A DNA stretch of 16,737 nt from the NCBI GenBank assembly GCA_000388065.2, contig KB932204.1; one strand, given 5' to 3'. Shown one piece after another: positions 9,501 through 16,737 of this stretch (position 1 is its first letter; the number at the start of each line of letters is the position of its first letter). Under the pieces are notes generated by a model. That model worked only from the letters and a program-made list of their open reading frames with translations, ran no database searches and had not been told where the DNA came from. The DNA is from Fonticula alba ATCC 38817 (taxonomy: Eukaryota; Protista; Nucleariida). The position numbers and the translations under genes were made by a program.

Positions 9501-12130
9501 TGGCGGTGCTGGCCAGCAGCCCGGCCAAGGTCTTCGCCCCGATGGCGCGTGGGGCATTTGCCCGGAGGCCCGTTGCGGCCTTCGGGCCCATGCCTGCCTG
9601 TGCTGACAGGCGCCCGAGCCCTGGACGGGGAAAGGCATCCACCGAGCCCGGATCGCCGGGCGCCGGTGTGTCTGGGCCACCCGGGCGGAGAACAGCGGGA
9701 TGCTGGTGCTGCAGGTTGAGGATGGGCACTTGGGCTGGCTGTGTCCGGGTCCGAGCATGCATGCGGAGGCGCACGCCCCGTGGCACGCGCCAGCCCCGGT
9801 GCGTGGGGCTGGGAGGCCGTTTGCCGGGGCGGAGGCGGCTTATTTGCCCCCCCCCCCCCCCCCCCCGGCGGGCGGGCGGCGCTGACCTTCCAACTTGGGC
9901 ACAGTGGACCGGATTTGGGAGCGTCCCTGGCCATCGCCGGGCCGGGTGGCCTATCACCCGGAGAGGAGCTTGGTGTTCCATGCGGCCCGGGCGAAGGCCG
10001 GCGACCAGGAGCCCTGGAGAGCTCCCGGCCGGGGCGCCGGCCCATTGCACTGGATGGGTCCTCTTGGACGGGCCGCGAGGAGGAGGAGAAGCAAGCTGCC
10101 GGGCCGGCGGCCGGGGTGGCCTGCCCCCAGAGCCGGCGCTCTGGCGTGCTGCTGCGCGCGCGCCCATTGGGGACCTGGGTCCGGGGCGGGGTGGGAGCGG
10201 GGGGAGCGAGACCGGCTCTAGCTCCCGCATGACCCGAGGCAGGGATGTGCGCCAGTTTTTATTGCCGGGTGGGCCTCATCCCGGAAGATGGCATCGTCCG
10301 GACATTCGTCGACCCGGCCGGTGCCGACACCCTGTCCAGGCGGCAGATGTGTTGCGTGCGCGGCCTGGACGGCGTCTGGGGAAATCCGGGCCCATGTTGG
10401 AGGATGATCGGCAGACCGTGCGTCCGATGGTGCTCCTCCGGGGCGGGTGGCGGCCGGCTGCCTGGAAGGGGTCCTCCCGGGCGCGAGCCCGCCCGGGGAC
10501 CGGCGATCAGGCCCCGCTGCCGCAAGGGCGTGAGGGGAGATGTGGCCGCCGGTCGGGGCTTCGGCCCAGAGGGGCCGGGGGCATGGCCTGCTTTGGAGCG
10601 GCAAGAAGGACCCAAGCGCGCACGCAAAATATGATGTGCTCAGCTCGGTCCCGGGCGTGAGGCGATGAATGACGGACGCCCAGGGGTGGGCGAGGCGGGT
10701 GGGTGTCTCGTCAGGGGGGAACACGCCTTTCGCAGCGATGCAAGCACGGCGGCGGCCAGGAGACACAGGGCAGGCGGGGGGGGGGGGGGACATGGTTGTG
10801 GGTGCGGACCTATGATTGTGGACGGGACACAGCCGCGGGATGGGCCGCGCTGCGCGGGGACCGCCGGGGTAGGACCATTGCGGCTGGAGAAGGGGGGGGG
10901 GCGGACGGTGCCCGGAGCCAGCTTGGGCTGGCCCGGGGGTGGTGGTGGGGGCTGCGAACAGCCAGACCGAGGTATCACATGCTCCGGGCATGATGTGGTC
11001 ATGCCTCGGGAGCAGGGTCCCCTGCTCGGGGGGAAACAAGGACCCGATGCGGCGGGTTGATCATTCAGTCGGGCGGTGCTGGCTGCTCCGAACAGGGACG
11101 GCCCCTTTTTATTTTCCTTGTTTCGGCCCCCATTCCAGCGGGTGGTGGCGCTTATGTGCTACGGTGGATGCCTCGTTGATGGAGGCCAGCACCCTGGGCG
11201 GGGCCTGTGCTCCGCGACCCAGGGGGGTCAGGCGACGGGGAATGAAACAGGCCCGCCGGCGGACCCTGATCTGGCCGACGGCCGGGCCTGTCGGACGGCG
11301 CATCTGTGCAAGCCCCACCCTGGCATCGGCGCACCGGCCGGGGGTGCTCGAGCTGCGAGCCGAAGAAACCCGGCAGAGTCAGCCGGCCGAGGTGGCACAG
11401 GCAAAGGGGCACCGGGGACAGGGGGGGGGGGGGTCTGGCGGATGCCTTGGTGCCACGATGCCACGCGTCCGGCAGATACCGGCAGGGGGCGAGAGGAGGG
11501 GAGAGCGGGGACACTGGCGGGCGGAGGAATGCCTGAACAGACGGTGGGCGCCGGCCGCCGGGATATTCGAGGGGCCTGTATCGTGGCCGGCTTGAGCCGC
11601 TCCGGGCGGGGTGGTGCCAGGAGCTGACCCATTATGTGGCAGGCCAGTCATACGGGACACCGGGTGGGGGGGGGGGGAGGAATGATGTGGTATTGGGTGC
11701 CTCTTTGTGGGCAACCGACAAGAATATGCCCCTCCACTGGACCCGCAGGCGGGGAACAACCCGGGAGACAGCTTGGTGGGGGGGGGGGGAGGCCCGGACG
11801 GTCCTGCAAATGCCGCTGGGCGAAAACCCGAAGCGGCAGCGGCCCCCCCCCCCCCCCCCCCCGCCGGCGGGGCGGGCAAGGTGGGCGGAGGCGACCCGGG
11901 CCGGGCCATCCCGGGGCTGGGCATCGACCAATGATGGCAGGCGTCCCGGGCGCCAACCTGCCGGCGTGCATGGCACCGCGCGAATGCCTGGCATCCAGGC
12001 CGGGGCCCAGCTGCGGGGGGAGCCCCCCGCGGACAGTCCGCAATGGGAAGTCGCCGCGATCACAGGAGCACCGGGGGAATTCTTCCGCTGAGATGGCGCA
12101 CGCCATCGGACCCATCCGGAGCGAATGCCG
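6510..12130 (+). pseudogene. Long frameshifted coding relic(s), possibly of a large extracellular/Cys-rich receptor-type gene; boundaries approximate
   Basis: Strong G/C-ending codon bias over about 7340-7545, 7720-7800 and 8050-8220, with the signal jumping between frames near 7830, 7910 and 8040. Cys motifs like those of the intact gene at 6512-6532 (VKCADCW), 6627-6662 (TLCEACPDMCFC) and 10404-10442 (MIGRPCVRWCSSG). Many G/C homopolymer runs interrupt it. Confidence 0.4.
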
Positions 12131-12611
12131 ATAAGCGAGCAGGTACCAATGAACCGCGCCTCCCCACCCGCCAATAGCCCTTGGGCCGGGGGGGGGGGTG
12201 GTTGGCGGGCGGCCCGAGAGTGGGCGGGAGGGGGGGGGGGCCAACTCCGCGTCGGTCCCCACGACCAGGCCCGCCCGGCAGAGGGAGCCGGCCTCTCCGG
12301 GGCCGGCCTTCAGGAGGGGGGCACACAGCGGAGATCAGACATTCCGACGAGGGCAGACAAGCCGCCGTCGCCGAAGGTACGGCGAGCAAGCTGTCCAGGA
12401 CGCGGGCGAAGTGGCTTCAGGCGCACATGTCCTGGCGGCGAGACCCGATGAGGAAAACCCCAAGCAGCATTCCCCCGGGGATCCCCGGGGGGTTCGCCAC
12501 ACCCGAAGGGGGAAAGCGGCCGCTCTTCCTTGCTTCCTCCGGGCCCGGCATCCGGACTCGAGTGTGTCTGGAATCCGGCTTTCGGTGGCGGGCTGCTGGC
12601 ACTCCGGACGG

Positions 12612-12694
12612 NNNNNNNNNNNNNNNNNNNNNNNNNNNNNNNNNNNNNNNNNNNNNNNNNNNNNNNNNNNNNNNNNNNNNNNNNNNNNNNNNNN
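12612..12694. other. Assembly gap (83 N)
   Basis: Run of n characters. Confidence 1.
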
Positions 12695-12898
12695 GGCGGA
12701 AAGCAGGTGCGACCATTGCCCCTGCGCGCCTCTCCGGTGGCCCCAGCCGCAAGCCTATTTGAGGCTGCCGCTTGGGAGGAGGCCGCTCCGAGCGCTCAGC
12801 CATCCCCACTCCCTGAGTCATTCTTCTCCCTTGACCCTCCCCTTCCCTCCCCCGTCCCCCCCCCCACCCGAACCCCCCTGCCTCCCGGGATATCCACC

Positions 12899-15800
12899 AT
12901 GCGATACGGAGCATCGGCACGCGCCCCGGCCGGGGCCTTGATGCTGGTGCTGCTCATCTTTGCGGCTCTGGCGGCCATGGCCACGCCGGTGGCCAATGCG
13001 GCCGACTGCGCGACCGGACAATTCGCCGACACCGAGGGCAACTGCCAGCCATGCCACCCGTCATGCTCCTCGTGCGACGATGCCACGTCGTGCTTTGCCT
13101 GCCGCCCGGGGCTGGGGTTCCTTTCCCCGGACCCGACCATTGGAAGCCTGTGCACGGCCAACTGCCCCTTCGGACGTGTGCTCTTCCGATCTATTCGCCG
13201 ACACCGAGGGCAACTGCCAGCCATGCCACCCGTCATGCTCCTCGTGCGACGATGCCACGTCGTGCTTTGCCTGCCGCCCGGGGCTGGGGTTCCTTTCCCC
13301 GGACCCGACCATTGGAAGCCTGTGCACGGCCAACTGCCCCTTCGGCCAGGCTTTCGGCACTCAGGCACGGTGTGCCCCCTGCAGGGCGGGCTGCCGCGAC
13401 TGCATCAACTACCAACAATCGTGCTACACATGCGGGGCAGGGTATGGCTGGAAGTCGGAGAACCCGTCTCCCACGCCGCCGGGTCCGCGACAGACATTCT
13501 TCTGCTACGAATGCGGCCCACGTTGCACCACCTGCAGCTCGGAAGAGCGCCCGCCCAGGAAAGAGTGTAGATCTCGCGGGCTGCCGCGACTGCATCAACT
13601 ACCAACAATCGTGCTACACATGCGGGGCAGGGTATGGCTGGAAGTCGGAGAACCCGTCTCCCACGCCGCCGGGTCCGCGACAGACATTCTTCTGCTACGA
13701 ATGCGGCCCACGTTGCACCACCTGCACGGGCCCGGACTACCCGCCCAAGTGTCACTCTTGCACGGCGAACGTCGGTCTGACCGACGTGAACATGTGCACT
13801 TCATCCAACAACCTGCCGTCGTGGCATGACCCGGCTTCCAAGCGCTATATCCACTGCCACCCGTCGTGCGAGTCGTGCACCGGGCCCGGGCCGGACAGCT
13901 GCCTCACCTGCGTGTCGGGATGGCGCTTGGAGCCAGGCGGCAATGGCGCGGGCACCTGTGTGTCGGATTGCCCGGTGGGCAGCTACTTGCCGTCGGGGTC
14001 GAGCTCGTCCCAATGCGCGGCGTGCCATTCCAACTGCCGGACGTGCTTCGGTCCCGGCGCGACCCAATGCTTGTCGTGCAATTCCCAGCGCCCGATCAGG
14101 AACCGCCAGTGCGTGGAAGCCTGCGGCACGGGCTTCTACCGGGTCGGCGGCGAATGCCATGCATGTCACCCTTCGTGTGGCCAGTGCACCGGGCCGGCGG
14201 ACAGCCAGTGCATCGGCGACTGCAGCCCGATGGCCTTCCGCCTGTCGGCCGGCGAGGAGGACCACAGCCAGGCGGAGTTCACATGCGTGACCATGTGCCC
14301 GAAGGGCACCGGGCGCACGGCCGACCGGAAGTGCCTGCCCTGCGAGGACAGCTGCGCGGCCTGCTGGCCTGACGATGCCCCGGGGGCTGGGAACCGCATG
14401 GTGTGCCGGAAGTGCGAGGACGGCTGGTTTTTGGACAAGTCCATCGGGGCCTGTGTCTTGGCGTGCCCGAACGGGACCACGGCCATCGGGGCCGAGTGCA
14501 TGCGCTGCAAGCCGGGATGCGCCGCGTGCTATGGCGAGGGGGATGGCCAATGTGTCGCCTGCCAGGAGGACCTCCCCGTCCATTGGCAGGGCGACTGCTG
14601 GGCCTCGTGCCCGGAGGGCTTCTACGAGTCGGGGGGCACGTGCGTCGCCTGCCACGAATCGTGCAAGACGTGCGCCGGCGCCGGGGCCGACCAGTGCACG
14701 GCTTGCGGGCATTTCACATCCCTCACCCTGGCTGGCACCTGTGTGTCGACCTGTCCGACGGGGCAATTCCCGGCCTTGGACATGTCCTGGGAGGGGGCAC
14801 GGTGCCGGCCTTGCGGGGCCCAGTGCGATCGTTGCACGAACGAGGACACCTGCACCGAATGTGCATCCGGGTGGTTCATCCACTCCGGCGTGTGTCTGGA
14901 GGAGTGTCCGCCCTCGACGGTCAGCTGTGCCGGGCAGCTTGCCTGCCATGACTGTGAGCCCGGCTGTGCCGAGTGCGTCGGGCAGTCGACCGGGCCGGGC
15001 CACTGTCAGGCCGCCTGCAACCGGTGCCAGGATTCGCTGTTCCTCCACCCATCCACCGGGGCCTGCTTGGAGACCTGCTCGCCGACGGCCGTGGCCTTGG
15101 ACCCAGATACCGGGCGTTGCACCGAGTGCCAGGGCGATTGTCGGACTTGCTTCGGCCAGGCCGACTGGTGTACATCCTGCGGCGATCCACGGCGTTGGCT
15201 GTGGCCCGAGACCGGGACCTGTGTGGAGGAGTGCCCCTCTGTCGGGTATCACAGGGTCCCCGGGGGCGATGGACACGGCACGGACGCCATGAAGGTGTGC
15301 CACGCTTGCATGGAGTGGTGTGACGTGTGCGAGCTCCTTTCCGAAGAGGTGTCCTGCTCGGTGTCGCCGGAGGATGGGTCGCTGAGCTGCGACCTGAAAA
15401 GCCGGTGCTTGTCATGCGCGCCCTCGTTCTTCAAGGTGGACGGCGGCCAGCGGTGCACGGCTACTTGTCCGGCGAGGACCTTTGCCGAACCGAGGACCCA
15501 GCAGTGCTTGCCCTGCTCGGAGGAGTGTGCCGACGAGTGCACCGGACAGGAGTCGCAGAATTGCACCGGCCCAGGGGCCGGTGATAAGAAGGCCTCCCAG
15601 CGCCTGGGTACGTGTGTCCCAACAGGGGGCCGGCCATGTGTGGTGGTGGTGGGGTTTTTTTTTGTTTTTTTTTTCCCGGCCACGCTCCGGAAGGCGGGTG
15701 ACCGGCTTTGATACTGACACACATGCCGGACGCCAGCCGTGGGCCTGGGCGTGGGCCTGGGCGTACTGGCCCTGGTGGCCGTGGCCGGCGTGGTGGCCTT

Positions 15801-16441
15801 TGTCCTCCTGCGCGGGCGCAAGTCGTCCTCCGGCCACGACGCTCTTCCGATCTCGCTCCGGAAGGCGGGTGACCGGCTTTGATACTGACACACATGCCGG
15901 ACGCCAGCCGTGGGCCTGGGCGTGGGCCTGGGCGTACTGGCCCTGGTGGCCGTGGCCGGCGTGGTGGCCTTTGTCCTCCTGCGCGGGCGCAAGTCGTCCT
16001 CCGGCAAGGGTGCGTCCATGGGAGCGCGGGCGGGCGGGGGGCTGGGGCCATTGGTGGTGCCGAAGCCACTTGAGCCGAAGGGGGACTGACCTGGACATGG
16101 GCCATGGCCGCGCGGCGCTGCTGGGTGACGTAGAATCGCTCCCCATGAGCACCATTCAGGGTACGTGGGCCGCCGGCCCGGGTGGGCATCCGCACGAATG
16201 TCGCCTGGCCCCGGCATGGTACTGACACCCCCGCGCAGACTGAAGGCCCTTGGATAGATCGGAAGAGCGTCGTGAGGGGGACTGACCTGGACATGGGCCA
16301 TGGCCGCGCGGCGCTGCTGGGTGACGTAGAATCGCTCCCCATGAGCACCATTCAGGGTACGTGGGCCGCCGGCCCGGGTGGGCATCCGCGCATGAATGTC
16401 GCCGGGCTCTGGCATGGTACTGACACACCCTCGCAGACTGA
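12899..16441 (+). CDS. Type I membrane protein with signal peptide, about 14 furin-like Cys-rich (CxxCxxxCxxC) repeats, one TM helix and a short tail; 826 aa after removing artefacts. Corrected join: 12899-13173, 13346-13536, 13727-15607, 15737-15834, 16006-16009, 16134-16160, 16437-16441
   Basis: ATG in CCACCATG context; hydrophobic leader LMLVLLIFAALAAM with likely cleavage after VANA; repeats such as CQPCHPSCSSC, CAACHSNCRTC and CVACHESCKTC; TM AVGLGVGLGVLALVAVAGVVAFVLL followed by RGRK. The corrected segments total 2481 nt, in frame and stop-free. The ectodomain and TM are well supported; the last two small exons rest on splice-signal prediction only. Confidence 0.85.
13021..13345 (+). 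repeat. Artefactual tandem duplication 1: 153 bp at 13021-13173 and 13193-13345
   Basis: Identical copies separated by adapter; offset 172 bp, which shifts the frame. Confidence 0.95.
13173..13192 (+). other. Illumina TruSeq adapter fragment GACGTGTGCTCTTCCGATCT
   Basis: Exact match to the 3' 20 nt of the TruSeq read-2 primer/indexed adapter sequence. Confidence 0.97.
13386..13726 (+). repeat. Artefactual tandem duplication 2: 151 bp at 13386-13536 and 13576-13726
   Basis: Identical copies separated by degraded adapter; offset 190 bp, which shifts the frame. Confidence 0.95.
13536..13576 (+). other. Degraded TruSeq universal-adapter read-through
   Basis: 33 of 41 nt match AGATCGGAAGAGCGTCGTGTAGGGAAAGAGTGTAGATCTCG by manual alignment. 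Confidence 0.93.
15608..15736 (+). other. Spliceosomal intron 1 (129 nt, phase 1)
   Basis: Donor GTACGT, T-rich tract 15655-15674, branch site TACTGAC 15712-15718, acceptor CCAG; splicing joins the ectodomain in frame to the TM helix. Confidence 0.88.
15683..16005 (+). repeat. Artefactual tandem duplication 3: 152 bp at 15683-15834 and 15854-16005
   Basis: Identical copies (intron 3' end plus TM exon) separated by adapter; offset 171 bp. Confidence 0.95.
15835..15853 (+). other. Illumina TruSeq adapter fragment CACGACGCTCTTCCGATCT
   Basis: Exact match to the 3' 19 nt of the TruSeq read-1 primer/universal adapter. Confidence 0.97.
16010..16133 (+). other. Predicted intron 2 (124 nt, phase 1)
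   Basis: Donor GTGCGT, branch-like GACTGAC 16084-16090, first downstream AG is TAG at 16131-16133; keeps the frame into ESLPMSTIQ. Confidence 0.6.
16256..16274 (+). other. Illumina TruSeq adapter read-through AGATCGGAAGAGCGTCGTG
   Basis: Exact 19-nt match to the read-2 read-through adapter. Confidence 0.97.
16357..16436 (+). other. Predicted intron 3 (80 nt, phase 1; artefactual copy at 16161-16238)
   Basis: Donor GTACGT, branch site TACTGAC 16418-16424, acceptor GCAG; followed by AC-TGA, giving Asp-stop. Confidence 0.7.
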
Positions 16442-16737
16442 AGGCACTTGGATGGCGGACCGTTGGCCGGGGCTTCCTGGCGAAGGTCGGCCGCCTGTCT
16501 GGCATCTGCCGCGGCAGGGTCACCTCCTGGCGGGCCGTGGCGAGAATGTATCCCCCCCCCCCCCCCGCCTTGACAGCGCTCGCCATGTGTGATGGGTGGA
16601 GAGGGCCCGGCGGACACAGGGAGGGCGGCACAGCAGGAGATCATCTCATGTGCTGAAAGCGTCCGTGTGTGCCCTTGTGGCTATTGGGGGCAAGAGACCG
16701 GGATAGATCGTGGTGGCCGGTTGGCCGGGGGGGGGGG

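Larger units (their letters stand above)
16079..16453 (+). repeat. Artefactual tandem duplication 4: 16079-16255 (177 bp, error-rich tail) and 16275-16453 (179 bp)
   Basis: Copies are identical at their start and differ by 7 substitutions and a 2-nt indel, all within about the last 65 nt before the adapter. Confidence 0.93.

Noticed and set aside
7128-10230. Long minus-strand ORFs of 270-430 aa
   Set aside because: Pro/Arg/Gly/Ala/His-rich shadow frames expected at this GC content; several are in register with plus-strand codon-biased fragments.
6243-12820. TGAGTCA (AP-1/Gcn4-type) sites at 6243-6249 and 12814-12820
   Set aside because: Two isolated 7-mers in 16.7 kb cannot be distinguished from chance without conservation data.
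15599-15711. Hydrophobic C-terminus of the 886-aa ORF (CVVVVGFFFVFFF) as a TM or GPI signal
   Set aside because: It is read-through into intron 1; the true TM lies in the next exon.
13021-16453. Direct repeats with short spacers, as CRISPR-like array, exon duplication or programmed frameshifting
   Set aside because: The spacers are sequencing adapters and the repeats are insert-sized; eukaryotic context with no cas genes.

Overview
Very GC-rich (roughly 70% by eye) eukaryotic genomic DNA with an 83-N gap at 12612-12694. Left of the gap are five intron-less nuclear tRNA genes, each with its own oligo-T terminator: Ile-AAT, Lys-CTT and Thr-AGT clustered at 568-956, a second Lys-CTT on the minus strand, and Asp-GTC. 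They lie among long simple repeats (a 247-nt perfectly alternating purine/pyrimidine tract, (AG)28, a 66-triplet CAG/CAA tract) and kilobases of frameshift-riddled, coding-like relic sequence. Right of the gap is one convincing gene: a type I membrane protein with a signal peptide, about 14 furin-like CxxC repeats, one TM helix and a very short tail, with three phase-1 introns. That gene is interrupted by four 151-179 bp tandem duplications, each joined by Illumina TruSeq adapter sequence. These are assembly artefacts, and removing them gives one clean 826-aa reading frame. The fungal-type splice signals, GC content and furin-repeat receptor suggest a holomycotan protist such as Fonticula (inference only, not checked). 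Almost all ORFs in the six-frame track are GC-rich shadow ORFs. I found no convincing novel system. The most suggestive biological leads are a VSP-like surface-protein gene next to possible decayed relatives, and tRNA genes coupled to TATA-like elements and microsatellites.
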